DNA from: a virus
Lineage: Duplodnaviria > Caudoviricetes
Reading direction: 5' to 3' (one strand)
Length of the DNA stretch: 57,401 nt
Virus record (IMG/VR): IMGVR_UViG_3300011013_003468
Coordinates: 1-57,401 of that record
Shown here: piece after piece, positions 44,796 through 56,519 of the stretch
Numbering within the stretch: position 1 is the first letter of the stretch
Layout: the number at the start of each line of letters is the position of its first letter
The notes under the pieces: generated by a model
Seen by the model: only the letters and a program-made list of their open reading frames with translations
Told to the model about the DNA's origin: nothing
The model's database searches: none
Made by a program: the position numbers and the translations under genes

Positions 44796-47282
44796 TTAAT
44801 TATTTTGGCTATTTAAATTATAATAAAATGTTTGTATATCTTGACTTATACTAAATACAGGTTTAACATTTCCTATTTGTGGATAATTAAATAATGTTGG
44901 AGTGTTACTATCAGTAGTACTATATGGTTTATATTTATTTGTTTTATCATCTTTTATATAGTAAAAAACTTGATAAGTAGTATTACCATTAATAGTAATA
45001 GGTTGTATAGATGTTTTTATTTTATCATCATACCAATAAAATATTTGAGGTGTTGCAGTATTATCAGGTGTATAATTACTTATTACAGAATTTCGAGCTA
45101 TTTCTTTACCCATTGTAACCACTTCGCTATAAGCAGGATTAACTATTGTTTCCATAGCACCTTGAGCAAAATCACTATTAGGAGTTTTATTTTTAATTAT
45201 AGTACCAGCCAATTGTTGTATAACAGGTGAATCTCTTTTATAAATTATTCTAATAACACCATTTTTTCCTTCTTGAGATTTTAATTTTTTTATACCAGGC
45301 ATTTTTTCATCTACATGATAATCAACAGCTACAAATTCGTCTCCTATATTAGTCATAGCTAAAGGTGTAACATAATCATTGAATTGTTCTTGAGTAAGGT
45401 TACTAAAAAATAAACCACGTTTTCTTCCAATAATATGCTTTTTATATGTTGTAGTATATGATGATGGATCAGCATAAGCTAACATATCATTAGAATATAC
45501 GCCAGGAGAATTAACAACAGCATTATACAAACCTGCTTTAATAGTAGGATCATTATTAAATTGAGTTAAATCAACACCTGTAAATTCTATTTGATTATAT
45601 TTTTGATTAGTACTATACCAATTATTAAGTTCTGTTCCATAATCAGTTTTAAGACTTTTATATAATTTATAATGATTATGATCATTTATTATTTGCTGTG
45701 CTTCTTGTTCAGAATAGCCAAAATTTATAAGTGTTTGTTTACCAATACCATAAGAGGCTTTACCAGTAGTACTAATTAATCTTATAGCTTGATAATATTC
45801 TTTGTTATGTTTTTCTATTTCATTACCTCTAGTATAATTAGCTTTATACCAATCTACTTGGTTTTGAGTATATTTACCATTTTTTACTAATTCATCAGTT
45901 ACATCATTATTAGCTTGATTTCCAATATTTTTTAAACGTTTTAAATTATCTTGATAATTATTATAAAATATTTTTTGATTTTGTTTATATGATTCTAATT
46001 CTTGTCTTTCTTCAGGAGTTATAGTACCTGTATAATCATTACCTGTTGCTTTTTTAAATATTTGTTTATCTTGTTCATTAGGATTGCCTTTTAGCAATCT
46101 ATCAACACTATTTACATTATTTTGAGTATCTGTTATTCCATTTTTTAAAATATTTATTTGTTCTCGAATACCTTGAACATTAAATTTATTAGGATCTAAT
46201 ATTTGATTTACTGTTGTACTTGCATTATAAGTATCTGTAATTGCTGTTTTAGGATGCGCTAAATTATATTTATATTTAGCTAATTCTTTTGCATCTTTTG
46301 CTCTTTGCTTTTGTAATTCAAATGGATCTGCTGTTATTCCTGTAGTTCCGCTTTTAATTTTTTGATAAGAATATTTTATCATAGGTGCAGTAGCATTTTT
46401 ATATACCATATAATCAATATAATTTTGTGCAGGATTATCTTTTTGACCTATAATATTACCATTAATATCTTTTATAGGATTACCATTAACATCTACTAAT
46501 TTCTCAAATTGTTTACTAAAATTTTTATCTAATGTTGAATCAACCATAAAACGCTGTTGTAAATAAGCCATTGCTTTTGGATCACCATATATTCTGCTTG
46601 TTACTGCATTATAAACTTCTTGTGGTGATACTTCTTCTAAACCACTTATTGTCTTTTTCCAATATCTACCATCTGATGTAACATTATATGTAGTATTTTC
46701 ATCTGCTTTAAATCCTTTACCTTCTAAATCAGCTAATTTCCCTAAATCTACATATTCAGCTGGTGATACTGGACTAAATGTATTATATGTCCCTTTTTCT
46801 GGATTGTAATTTGTTCCTTGCCATTTAATATATTCATAAGTTTTTAATTTCTGTATATCTTCTGGTGTATATTTATCAGGATGTTCTTGAACTAATTTAT
46901 CTAAATTTTGTGATGAAGTTTGATAAGCATTATAATTACCTTCTATTAATCCCCATTCACCTCTTGTTTTATTAATATACATTTCTTTTCCAATATTTTT
47001 AATATCAGGAATTATATTACGCCAATTAAGAGTATTATTATATAAATTTTCTGTCGCACTATTTATTTTTTTATCATAAATATCATTTATTTCTTTCATT
47101 CTATTGGTATCTATTTCACCAAATCCGTGACCTACATTTACTTCTGATAATTTTTCTAATCCTTCTAAACTTTTATTTATCATTTGATCATTAAACTGTA
47201 CTGATTTTATCATTAATTCTTCAGGTAATTTTAATGTAAAATCAAGCATTTGTGATCTACTTGTTTTATAAAATCTTCCCAT
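44796..47282 (-). CDS. putative virion cargo/ejection protein
   Basis: 828 aa, no Cys seen, directly upstream of the RNAP; call is from crAss-like synteny. Confidence 0.6.
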   Translation of the reverse strand: MGRFYKTSRSQMLDFTLKLPEELMIKSVQFNDQMINKSLEGLEKLSEVNVGHGFGEIDTNRMKEINDIYDKKINSATENLYNNTLNWRNIIPDIKNIGKEMYINKTRGEWGLIEGNYNAYQTSSQNLDKLVQEHPDKYTPEDIQKLKTYEYIKWQGTNYNPEKGTYNTFSPVSPAEYVDLGKLADLEGKGFKADENTTYNVTSDGRYWKKTISGLEEVSPQEVYNAVTSRIYGDPKAMAYLQQRFMVDSTLDKNFSKQFEKLVDVNGNPIKDINGNIIGQKDNPAQNYIDYMVYKNATAPMIKYSYQKIKSGTTGITADPFELQKQRAKDAKELAKYKYNLAHPKTAITDTYNASTTVNQILDPNKFNVQGIREQINILKNGITDTQNNVNSVDRLLKGNPNEQDKQIFKKATGNDYTGTITPEERQELESYKQNQKIFYNNYQDNLKRLKNIGNQANNDVTDELVKNGKYTQNQVDWYKANYTRGNEIEKHNKEYYQAIRLISTTGKASYGIGKQTLINFGYSEQEAQQIINDHNHYKLYKSLKTDYGTELNNWYSTNQKYNQIEFTGVDLTQFNNDPTIKAGLYNAVVNSPGVYSNDMLAYADPSSYTTTYKKHIIGRKRGLFFSNLTQEQFNDYVTPLAMTNIGDEFVAVDYHVDEKMPGIKKLKSQEGKNGVIRIIYKRDSPVIQQLAGTIIKNKTPNSDFAQGAMETIVNPAYSEVVTMGKEIARNSVISNYTPDNTATPQIFYWYDDKIKTSIQPITINGNTTYQVFYYIKDDKTNKYKPYSTTDSNTPTLFNYPQIGNVKPVFSISQDIQTFYYNLNSQNN

Positions 47283-47284
47283 AA

Positions 47285-49222
47285 TTATTGTGTTTTTAAA
47301 TCTTGTGTATTACCATTATCATTATACATAATTAAATTTCCGTTTTCATCTACATTAAATCCAATGCCATATTGAGATAATGTTGGTAATATTTGTAAAA
47401 ACATTTTATTTTGTAATATTGAATTAGTATCAGCACCATATTTTTGTAAATATGTAGCAGATGTATTTAAATCTTTATTTAAATTAGTATAAAAAGCATC
47501 TCTATCTTGTCTATTAGCTAAATCAGCTTGATATTCTGCACCCATAGTAACTTTATCCCTTTGATTTTCCATAGTAGCTTTTTGTGCTTGTATTTGAGAC
47601 ATTGTATTTAATAAAGATTTAGTAATATTTTCTCTTGCTTTTAATGTTTGCATGTGAGTTACAGTATCTAAAGCTCTTTGAACATTTACTGTTCTTGCTG
47701 ATTCCCTATTTATTCTATTAGAAGTATTAGAATATAAATCAATATCTTTTAAATATTCATCAGCTATTGATTTAGCCATTTGACCAGTTTCGTCTAATGT
47801 CTTTAATCCTTTATTACCATAATTTTTAAAAAAACTTCTATTTTGTAAATCTTCTAATCTATTTTTAAGAGTTAAAGAAGCAGGACCAATACCTCCTAAT
47901 AATGTTCCCATAGAACCAATGGCATCTCCTATAGTTCCATTATAATCATTTAAAAAAGGATTATAATTACTATTTTGATTTGCTGGTACACCTTCTGATG
48001 GAGTAGGTACTGGATTTTTTGGTTCTGTTAATGGCTCTTGGTTTGTAGTTTCTGGTTGTTTTACTTGTGCTAAAGGTTCTGTATCTGTATTTTCAATTTG
48101 ATTTATTTCATCTGGTTGTGTTGGACCATTAATATTAGTTGTATCTTTTATATTATTAATACCAGTAGTATCTGTTGTATCGATAGGAACAATACTACCA
48201 TTTACATATTGTAAATTATTATTTTTTAAAGTATTATTAAAATTATTTTTATATGTATCATTATTTTTATATAAATATTGAGAAAATAAACCTAAATTTG
48301 GTAATGTAGATATTTCTATACCATTATCTGTATGTGTGTTACTATAAATATCTTTTTTAATATATCCATTTGCTCCTAAATTAGAATTAGTTGCTTCATT
48401 TATTTTAGCTTTAAAATTTTCAAAAGTTTCAGGATATTCTCTGCCAGTTGTATTTTTATAAAAATCTGTAAATTCATTAAAATTATTTTCATTTAAATAA
48501 TCTGATATAGATTGTGCTACAATAGGATATTGCCAATATTCTATTGAATTAGGATCTTTAGGATCACCACCTGTTGGGATACCATCACCTCCTGTTCCAT
48601 AAGCATATTTTTTACTCATTTTTTGAGTAATCATTTCATTTACCATATTTTGAAATTCTGTATCATAATACTCTTTTAAATTATTTACTTCTTCTATTCT
48701 TTCTAAAGTATTTTTATTTACTATATCTGTAGTATCTTTATTATATTTCTTTTCTAATTTCTTATTTTGCTTTTCTCTTTCTAATTTTCTTTCTGACATT
48801 GTTTTACCATCTATTTTTATTCTATTTGAATAAACTTTAGTACCTTCTTCTAAATTAGTTTGAATACCACCTTGTTCATGTGTTTTACCTTTTAATTTTG
48901 CTACTTGACCATTTGGAGTTTCTATAGCTTCATTATTTTCTAATTCTTGTCCATTATTATTAACTATACCACCCATAGCAAATACTTTATTATATATTTG
49001 TCTCCATAATGGAGGATTATAATAATTAGGTGTTTCAAAAGGATCTGCACTTGGCAATCTTTTATTAGTCTCACCCAAATTTGCTACAGATTTATAAGCC
49101 ATTTGACTACTCAACTGTCCACCAATTGATACTGCTGGAGAAGCCAAATTACCTAAACCCCCAAGACCATAATCTTTAGCTGCCGTATTTATTAAATTCA
49201 TTATTAAATCTTCATTATTCAT
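47285..49222 (-). CDS. putative virion cargo protein (crAss-like)
   Basis: ELENNE...GKTHEQGGI...KVYSNR motif of the kind seen in crAss-like internal virion proteins; P/T/Q-rich linker; helical C-terminus. Confidence 0.65.
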   Translation of the reverse strand: MNNEDLIMNLINTAAKDYGLGGLGNLASPAVSIGGQLSSQMAYKSVANLGETNKRLPSADPFETPNYYNPPLWRQIYNKVFAMGGIVNNNGQELENNEAIETPNGQVAKLKGKTHEQGGIQTNLEEGTKVYSNRIKIDGKTMSERKLEREKQNKKLEKKYNKDTTDIVNKNTLERIEEVNNLKEYYDTEFQNMVNEMITQKMSKKYAYGTGGDGIPTGGDPKDPNSIEYWQYPIVAQSISDYLNENNFNEFTDFYKNTTGREYPETFENFKAKINEATNSNLGANGYIKKDIYSNTHTDNGIEISTLPNLGLFSQYLYKNNDTYKNNFNNTLKNNNLQYVNGSIVPIDTTDTTGINNIKDTTNINGPTQPDEINQIENTDTEPLAQVKQPETTNQEPLTEPKNPVPTPSEGVPANQNSNYNPFLNDYNGTIGDAIGSMGTLLGGIGPASLTLKNRLEDLQNRSFFKNYGNKGLKTLDETGQMAKSIADEYLKDIDLYSNTSNRINRESARTVNVQRALDTVTHMQTLKARENITKSLLNTMSQIQAQKATMENQRDKVTMGAEYQADLANRQDRDAFYTNLNKDLNTSATYLQKYGADTNSILQNKMFLQILPTLSQYGIGFNVDENGNLIMYNDNGNTQDLKTQ

Positions 49223-52200
49223 AACTTATTTGTTTTAATCCTGTTATAGAAAATATTTTAAATAAATAATTATTACTATTATTATAATATAATCTTATTC
49301 CTATATAATTATCTCTAAAAGATTGTAATTCATTCCAAGATTTATTAATATCAATAGTAATATTATTTAAAATTTTATCTATATAATAATTTTGTTGTAA
49401 ATTTATTAAATTTTTATTAAAAATAGGTAAATTATAATTAATTCTATAATCTCTTATTTCATTTAAATTAAATATTCCTTCTTTTTTTGATACTAAAATA
49501 CTATCAATATCGTTGGTTACTTGCCTTTTTAACCACGTTGGATTTTCTTTTTTTATATCTAAAAGTCTTACTCCTGAACATTGATAAGAATTATAAAATA
49601 TTACTTTATCAAAGAAATTTCTTCTAATTTCTGTACTAGTTTGTGTATCATAATTATATATTTCTGATTTAGTAATTATTTTTAAAAATTCATCTATATA
49701 TTGAAGTAAATTATTTTTAGGTAATATTATCTCTATTATACTATCATAAGTATTATTATAAAATTTACCATATTTATAATCTATATTATGATCATATATA
49801 TAAGAAGTAAAATTTAATAATTGTGTTTGTTTTATAGATTTAAAAGAATTTTCAGTTCTATAATATTTATAAGGTAAATATGAATGAAAACTTCTCCAAT
49901 TCATTGTATTTAATGAAAAACTAATAGTAAAACTATTATTTAATATATTAGAATTAGTTATAGGAACATAATTATTTCCATTATATATTTCCCAAATATT
50001 TGTATTAAAATTAAATCTATAGTCATAAGCATCTAAAGTATAATCTTTTTTAGTTAATATTATTCTATTATATTTTTCATCAAATACAGTTAAAAATCCA
50101 TATCCTTGTGGATCATGTGTTATTTCTTTAAATGATATTTGAGAATAATCTCTTAATTTACTTATTTCAAAAGTTAAATTATTTTTAAACCATTTTTTCA
50201 TTCCTATATCTGAAAGACATTTAAGACCTTCCTCAGTTATTAAATATACTTTATTATTATTATCATCAACAAAAAATATAGAATTCATAAATTTTAAAAT
50301 AGAATCTTTATATGTAGTTCCACATACACCTATTTCATCATCAACCATTTTAGCAGTATCCATTGATAAAAATTCACCTGTTCCTATATAACTAATAAAA
50401 TCTTTATTAACTCTTTCTTGATAATTTGGTGGAATTTTATATAACATTCTTTCTGTAAAAATATATAATGTATTATTTAATGTTTTTATATCTGTAATTT
50501 CGCCATAATTATTATCTATATCTCTATAATTATTTGGTAAAAATACTTTGTAATTATCTGTTCTACTTTCATCAAAATTTCTTTGAGAATATAAAATTCT
50601 ATTTTTCCAAGTTTCTAAGCATTTAGAGTTACATTTATAAGTTAATGGTATTGGAAAAAATACTTTTTCTTTATTTTTTCTATTATAATCTTCATTTAAT
50701 TGATATATTTCTGGTGTACTTATAGGTATTAATGTTAATGTATTATCACCATTATTATCTTTTCTTGTTTCATCTTGTCTTAAATACTTAGATCTTGTAT
50801 AAGTATTTAATTCATTAAAATCAAAAGAATCAAAATAAGATGTAGCCCCACTATTAATTTTTAATCTTAATTCTGTATTTAATTCTGATTCAACAAATAC
50901 TCCTTCTATATTTTCTGCAACATATAGTAAAGTATCATCATTTTCTTGTTTTGCATTTAAATCAACATCTGTATTATAATTAAAATCTTTGTTATTAATA
51001 ATATCTTTTAATTCACCACTATTTATATCTTTTAATAATTGTGATAATAATTCAGAACTTATAGCAATTAAATTGCCTATAATATTAGCTAATAAACCAA
51101 TTGCTACTGCAATACTTGATCCTCCTGTTAAAATAGTAACTGTTAATATCCCAGTAAATTCTAATATATTTGCTACAATATTAGATATAGTATCTGCCCA
51201 TCTCCTTTTTTGTAAAGAACCATAAAAAGTACTATGATATTGTGGAAAATGTTGAATATAAATATCACCTTCTTTTACTACAATATCATGTGATGTTGCT
51301 AAATTAGTATGTGTTTTATAATATTTTATATTTTCTAATACAGGATGTATATCTTCGTTTCCTGTTTCAAATCTTACATAAAATAAATCGTCTTTATGAG
51401 CTTCTGTTTTAGAAAATGATAAACCACCATTTTCAGATTTATATATCCCAACAGAACTATCTAATTCTGCATTTATCAATGTATAATTATTAGAACCATA
51501 ATAAACATTTTCTTTTCTATCAGCAGGCTTTAAATAAAACGAATCACTTATAGTTAATTCTTGTTCACCTATTATATCAGAAGGATCATTATAATCTAAA
51601 TAATTATAAGTATGATAATGATATATTGTATGTTTTATACCACAATACCAATCTTGACCATCAGTATCATATTTAATTAGTCCATAAAACAATCCTGTTG
51701 ATGATGTACCAGGGAAAGCATTTTTTTGATAACTTTCTGTATATGCAATTAATTCTTGTCTATAAATTCCTTCTATATATATTTTTTTTGGATATAAAGC
51801 ATCTTTATGAAAAAGTATTTTTGGACTTTTTCCATAAATTATATATCTTGCTTCATTGGTAGTAGTCTGAGAATTATTAAAATAACAATTTACAATATAA
51901 TTATTTTCAGTATTATCAGAACTTGTTTTTATATTTAATGATTGAATAAATCCTTTATCTATAATTTTTCTATTTTGTTCATCTCTTTCACCTACTACAA
52001 TAAAATATCCAATTGCATTTTCTGGTAATTGAATATTAGAAAATTTAATATTTAATAATTGTAAATTTTTTTGATTTATTGGATTATTAATAATTGTTGT
52101 AAATTCTGAAGAATTAAATGCATACAAATTATTTGCATCAATACTATCTAATGTATAAGTATCTGATAATTTTCCATAACTAATAGGTATTGTTAATGTA

Positions 52201-53777
52201 GATGAATAATCATCTTCGTAAATTAATATTGATTTAGATTTATCATCTTTATTTTTTTTATATTTTATAGTAATTAATACAGGATAACTTGATGGCGGAA
52301 CTTCTTCTGTTAATTGTACTTTAAATATTTTTATTTTACTAGATGGATTATTATTTGGAGTAACCAAAGGTATATCATTTCTATCAGGAAATTTATGATG
52401 TCTAATTTTCTGTCCTGTTAAAGAATTACCCCAATAATCATTTCCCCAAAAATCTTGTCCATTTAATGTATCTCTATTTTCATAAGTATTATTAACTACT
52501 TCATAAAAATCCATATTAGATGAATTATTAGACATATTTTCTGGTCTTCCTGGTATATGATAAACAGGTGATTGTGTTCCATCTTTAAAAATATATACTA
52601 TTCCAAAAGCATATACTTCTCCACCCATAAATCCCATTTTTATTGTAGTATTAGATTTAGGATTTTCGTGTATAGTACTTTCAAAAGCAGAAACTTGCTT
52701 TATATAATAATCTGCTTTTATTGCAGAAGCATATCTTTGCAAAGAACACCAATCTATTTCTTTACCTTTACCATTTGCTAATATCAATCTATCATCTAAT
52801 TGTGTAATATGTTTTACTTTTGCTATATCTGGTTTATCTAATAATAAATCTTCTTTTGTTGTTTTCGTATATCCTTCATTATTTCCTGTATATATTATTT
52901 TTGTATCTTCTATTGAATATTCGTTACTAACTAAAACTTCTGTTATATTACCTGTATGTGCTCTTGCTATTATTATTGCTATTCTAAAATATTTAAAAGT
53001 TTTTTTATTTTCTTCTTTATGATTTAATTTAATAACAAGTTTTTTATTACATTTAGATTCTTTAAATAAAGTATTTAAAAGAGAATCTGAAGAATCATCT
53101 GTAAAAGATCCTTTTATTTTATTATAATTACTAGAATGATTTTCTTTATATACATTAACAGTTTCAGAAGTTGTTATCCAATTAGTTGAATTTAAATCTT
53201 CATTTAAATATTGAATAGAAATGTTATAAGAACCCGCATATAATTGCCCATCACTATTTTCTACACTTAATTCTATATCAGGAAAAGAATAATCATCTAT
53301 TAAATTTAATTTTTCAGGTATTAATGTATTATTTTCAAATAAATAATTTAAATTATTTAAATTAATATATCTTGGCTTATTATAATAATCTGTAAAATAT
53401 ATTGTTTTTTCACAACCTCTGATTTTTCTATAAGTTCCATATACTTTATGATATTTACTAAGATTTAATTCTGAACATAAAGGAATAATAGTTTCTTTTA
53501 CACCATTATTATCTAAATATATACCCGAATAATTATTATTATTATTTACAACAAATAATACTGTTTGATTATCACCAATATAAATAGAACCAATAACAAT
53601 AGAATTATCAAATATCAAATTTAATTCATTAGATGTTTCATTACTTAAAAATGGTTCGTTTTTTTCAGTAGTATTATCTACATAATTAAGTGCAAATTTA
53701 TATGTATTTTCGGGTTGATATATTTCTGTATTATCTGTATGTAAACCTTTTAAATTATTTGTATATATTTGTTCCAT
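49215..53777 (-). CDS. tail muzzle/stabilization protein (P22 gp10-like, crAss-like)
   Basis: 1520 aa, beta-rich; KGLHTD..YKFALN start, IYFTDYYNKPRYIN, GEVYAFGIVY, WRSFHSYLP; follows the ring-protein gene. Confidence 0.75.
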   Translation of the reverse strand: MEQIYTNNLKGLHTDNTEIYQPENTYKFALNYVDNTTEKNEPFLSNETSNELNLIFDNSIVIGSIYIGDNQTVLFVVNNNNNYSGIYLDNNGVKETIIPLCSELNLSKYHKVYGTYRKIRGCEKTIYFTDYYNKPRYINLNNLNYLFENNTLIPEKLNLIDDYSFPDIELSVENSDGQLYAGSYNISIQYLNEDLNSTNWITTSETVNVYKENHSSNYNKIKGSFTDDSSDSLLNTLFKESKCNKKLVIKLNHKEENKKTFKYFRIAIIIARAHTGNITEVLVSNEYSIEDTKIIYTGNNEGYTKTTKEDLLLDKPDIAKVKHITQLDDRLILANGKGKEIDWCSLQRYASAIKADYYIKQVSAFESTIHENPKSNTTIKMGFMGGEVYAFGIVYIFKDGTQSPVYHIPGRPENMSNNSSNMDFYEVVNNTYENRDTLNGQDFWGNDYWGNSLTGQKIRHHKFPDRNDIPLVTPNNNPSSKIKIFKVQLTEEVPPSSYPVLITIKYKKNKDDKSKSILIYEDDYSSTLTIPISYGKLSDTYTLDSIDANNLYAFNSSEFTTIINNPINQKNLQLLNIKFSNIQLPENAIGYFIVVGERDEQNRKIIDKGFIQSLNIKTSSDNTENNYIVNCYFNNSQTTTNEARYIIYGKSPKILFHKDALYPKKIYIEGIYRQELIAYTESYQKNAFPGTSSTGLFYGLIKYDTDGQDWYCGIKHTIYHYHTYNYLDYNDPSDIIGEQELTISDSFYLKPADRKENVYYGSNNYTLINAELDSSVGIYKSENGGLSFSKTEAHKDDLFYVRFETGNEDIHPVLENIKYYKTHTNLATSHDIVVKEGDIYIQHFPQYHSTFYGSLQKRRWADTISNIVANILEFTGILTVTILTGGSSIAVAIGLLANIIGNLIAISSELLSQLLKDINSGELKDIINNKDFNYNTDVDLNAKQENDDTLLYVAENIEGVFVESELNTELRLKINSGATSYFDSFDFNELNTYTRSKYLRQDETRKDNNGDNTLTLIPISTPEIYQLNEDYNRKNKEKVFFPIPLTYKCNSKCLETWKNRILYSQRNFDESRTDNYKVFLPNNYRDIDNNYGEITDIKTLNNTLYIFTERMLYKIPPNYQERVNKDFISYIGTGEFLSMDTAKMVDDEIGVCGTTYKDSILKFMNSIFFVDDNNNKVYLITEEGLKCLSDIGMKKWFKNNLTFEISKLRDYSQISFKEITHDPQGYGFLTVFDEKYNRIILTKKDYTLDAYDYRFNFNTNIWEIYNGNNYVPITNSNILNNSFTISFSLNTMNWRSFHSYLPYKYYRTENSFKSIKQTQLLNFTSYIYDHNIDYKYGKFYNNTYDSIIEIILPKNNLLQYIDEFLKIITKSEIYNYDTQTSTEIRRNFFDKVIFYNSYQCSGVRLLDIKKENPTWLKRQVTNDIDSILVSKKEGIFNLNEIRDYRINYNLPIFNKNLINLQQNYYIDKILNNITIDINKSWNELQSFRDNYIGIRLYYNNSNNYLFKIFSITGLKQISYE

Positions 53778-54637
53778 CAGTGTTTTAATTTTTGAATTTC
53801 ATTCTGTTTACTAAATAAAGTATAATAACTTCTAGCATTATATGGTTTTAGCCATGCTTGAGCAAAATTTTCCATTTCATCAATAGATTTAGGTATCATA
53901 GCTTGACTAGCTGCTTGTGAACAATACTTATTCCAATCTATTTCTGCTTTTTGTAATTGAACATTAGAATTTGTTTCGCCTGCATAAAATCTTCTTAATG
54001 CCATTTTATATATTATATACATTGTAATAGCTGTTATATAACTATAATTATCAGGTATTAATGGATAACCATTCTCATCTAAAGGTATTCTATTATAAGA
54101 TATTGCTATAGAAAAATCAGTAAAATTAAATCTTAAATATTGTCCATTAATAATAGTATATTCATATTTACAAGTAGTATTTATTTTATCTGTACAATCA
54201 TAAGAAGATGAAAATGTAGATGTACTTAATCTAACTACATCATATAAAAAATTTTGATACCAATTTGTATCAGATACTACAAAAATTGTAGAAAAACATT
54301 CTTTATCACCTAAATTATTTTTTATAATTTTTTTATCAGCTGAGCATATATTTATATCACCTTTCTTTTTTAGATTATTTATACAATCGCATACAGAACT
54401 TATATCTTTATTTTTTAATACAATAATTTGATTTAAGCTTATAATATCTGATGGTAAAGTAATTTGATAATTTGTAACAGTAAAAAATTTAGTTACAGTT
54501 TCCATTGCAGGAACAGCATTTATTGCTGATAATGCTTCACCTGCCCATTCTACTACATCTGCTTCATTTAAATTTGTATAATTAAAATCACGTTGTAATT
54601 TAGTAAATATAGTATTTATTGTAGTAAATTTAATCAT
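53777..54637 (-). CDS. tail ring/tubular protein (P22 gp4-like)
   Basis: DVVEWAGEAL, IPLDENGYPLIPD, WNKYCSQA; crAss-like synteny. Confidence 0.7.
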   Translation of the reverse strand: MIKFTTINTIFTKLQRDFNYTNLNEADVVEWAGEALSAINAVPAMETVTKFFTVTNYQITLPSDIISLNQIIVLKNKDISSVCDCINNLKKKGDINICSADKKIIKNNLGDKECFSTIFVVSDTNWYQNFLYDVVRLSTSTFSSSYDCTDKINTTCKYEYTIINGQYLRFNFTDFSIAISYNRIPLDENGYPLIPDNYSYITAITMYIIYKMALRRFYAGETNSNVQLQKAEIDWNKYCSQAASQAMIPKSIDEMENFAQAWLKPYNARSYYTLFSKQNEIQKLKH

Positions 54638-55127
54638 TTTTTATATTTTTATTTTTTAACCTTTCTTTTTTAGATTTTATAATAATATATTCTTTACCTG
54701 CTTTAATATTCTTAGCAACTGTTCTTTTATTTGTATATGAAAATATTAAATTATAAAAAGATCTATTTATTAATTTTGTAGTATCTTTCATATAAGTTAT
54801 TCTATATCTTATACCACCTGTTTCTTCATTAAGATGCCATATTAAAGTTTTATTTTTTTTAGCTTCTTCATCTTCTTTCCATAATTTATTTGTAGCACCC
54901 CAATCAGGAGCTAATCCTACTATTTTACCATTTATTATTTTAGGTTTTATTTTATTACCAATAATTGCTATTTTACCCAAATAAAATGGTAATTTTATTA
55001 CTTTACCATCTATTATTTCTTGCATCATAAACTTGATAAAAGAATAAATTATTTTAGTATATTTTTTATAAGATAATTTACGAGAATCTATTTTATCTTT
55101 GTATATTGTTCTTATTGTAATCATCAT
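54630..55127 (-). CDS. IHF/HU-like protein of the crAss-like structural module
   Basis: IIYSFIKFMMQEIIDGKVIKLPFYLGKIAI has an HU/IHF-like pattern; DWGAT. Confidence 0.65.
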   Translation of the reverse strand: MMITIRTIYKDKIDSRKLSYKKYTKIIYSFIKFMMQEIIDGKVIKLPFYLGKIAIIGNKIKPKIINGKIVGLAPDWGATNKLWKEDEEAKKNKTLIWHLNEETGGIRYRITYMKDTTKLINRSFYNLIFSYTNKRTVAKNIKAGKEYIIIKSKKERLKNKNIKND

Positions 55128-55807
55128 TTAGAATTTTGTAATAAACTATCTTTATTATCATTTGTTAAATCTTCTCTAATAACGGAAAATTCACTAACTA
55201 ATTCTTTTAAAGTTAATTCTATAATAGGTTCTATCATATCATCATCAGTAGGAAATTCTTGTTCTAAAATATCTATGCATTTATAATCATCATTACAATT
55301 ATAAGTTAAAGCTTGTGTAATATCTTTAAAATAAGCATTAATTATAACTTTTTTCATTTTATAAGAATGAATAAAATAAATATATTTATCTTTAATAAAA
55401 TACCATTGTTTATTTTTAGTATATTTATTTCCTGATAAATATTTTAAATTATTAAAATCAATATAATTAAATTTAACTTCCCCATCTAATGAAGAAATAA
55501 ATTTAATTATATATTTATTTTTAAATATTTGTACATCAGGTATTTGACATATTGATTTTGAAATATTGCAAGTTGCAGGTAAAATGCAAATATCTTTAAA
55601 TAAAGGTGAATTTTCTATTTCAATTTTTAAATTATAATAGTAATTATCAGATAAATTTATATTTTTTGAAAGTTTTTTATTTGTTAAAAAATTATTACTA
55701 CTTATAAGTTTATTATAAATATGTCTTGAAGTTAATCTACTATCATCTGATTGTACACCTTTAGAATAAAGAGATTGCACTCTCTGTATTAATTCTATTA
55801 TTTTCAT
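55124..55807 (-). CDS. tail ring/neck structural protein
   Basis: SDDSRLTSRHIY, YLSGNKYT, EFP, EDLTND; crAss-like synteny. Confidence 0.6.
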   Translation of the reverse strand: MKIIELIQRVQSLYSKGVQSDDSRLTSRHIYNKLISSNNFLTNKKLSKNINLSDNYYYNLKIEIENSPLFKDICILPATCNISKSICQIPDVQIFKNKYIIKFISSLDGEVKFNYIDFNNLKYLSGNKYTKNKQWYFIKDKYIYFIHSYKMKKVIINAYFKDITQALTYNCNDDYKCIDILEQEFPTDDDMIEPIIELTLKELVSEFSVIREDLTNDNKDSLLQNSK

Positions 55808-56519
55808 AATATTCTTTTAATTGTTTAGTATAATTATCAACTATATATACATCATAACTATATGGTTTTATATGTATTATTCTTTTATTAATAATTGGAA
55901 TTTCTAATTGTTTTAAAATTAATTCATAATGATTTAATTGTAATTGATATTTATTAAAAGGATTTGATTTTAATTTTAAAAAAGGTTCATATAAATGATC
56001 ACCATAATTTTTAAATAAATCTTTATTTGTTTTAAAATCATCAATTACAATACCATTAAATAATTCATTATATAAAATCATATCTATAGTACCTGCAAAT
56101 TCAAATTTTTTATGATATCCTTTATATTCAGAAAAAATAGGTTTTAAATTATTTTTATTTAAATCTTGAAAATATTTAAATATTCCAATTTTATAACTTA
56201 AATTTTTATCATCTAATGAAATATTTTTAATTTTTTTATTAAAATAATCTTCTGCAAATTTATGAATATTTGTTCCTTTAAGTGCTGCTAATTCTCTTTT
56301 ATTATCCCATTCTGATAATATTTCATTAACAGTTTTATTTTGTTTTTTTGCTACAAAATTTGCTATATTTTTATCAAAAGGTTTATAAAATTGTTTTATT
56401 CTTTTACTTACAGATTCATATTTTTTATTATTTACTTTATATTCATGCAAAAATTCATCGAAAGTTAAATCTTTAAAAGAATTATTTAAAATTTTTAATA
56501 TGTTTGTTAAATTTTCCAT
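55761..56519 (-). CDS. PD-(D/E)xK exonuclease (Cas4/RecB-like)
   Basis: GTNIH, SE, AGTIDMI, DDFKT, YQLQLNHY. Confidence 0.85.
   Translation of the reverse strand: MENLTNILKILNNSFKDLTFDEFLHEYKVNNKKYESVSKRIKQFYKPFDKNIANFVAKKQNKTVNEILSEWDNKRELAALKGTNIHKFAEDYFNKKIKNISLDDKNLSYKIGIFKYFQDLNKNNLKPIFSEYKGYHKKFEFAGTIDMILYNELFNGIVIDDFKTNKDLFKNYGDHLYEPFLKLKSNPFNKYQLQLNHYELILKQLEIPIINKRIIHIKPYSYDVYIVDNYTKQLKEYYENNRINTESAISLF

Noticed and set aside
55761-56519. Cas4 indicating a CRISPR-related system
   Set aside because: No Fe-S cysteine cluster, array or other cas genes; it is a generic phage PD-(D/E)xK exonuclease.
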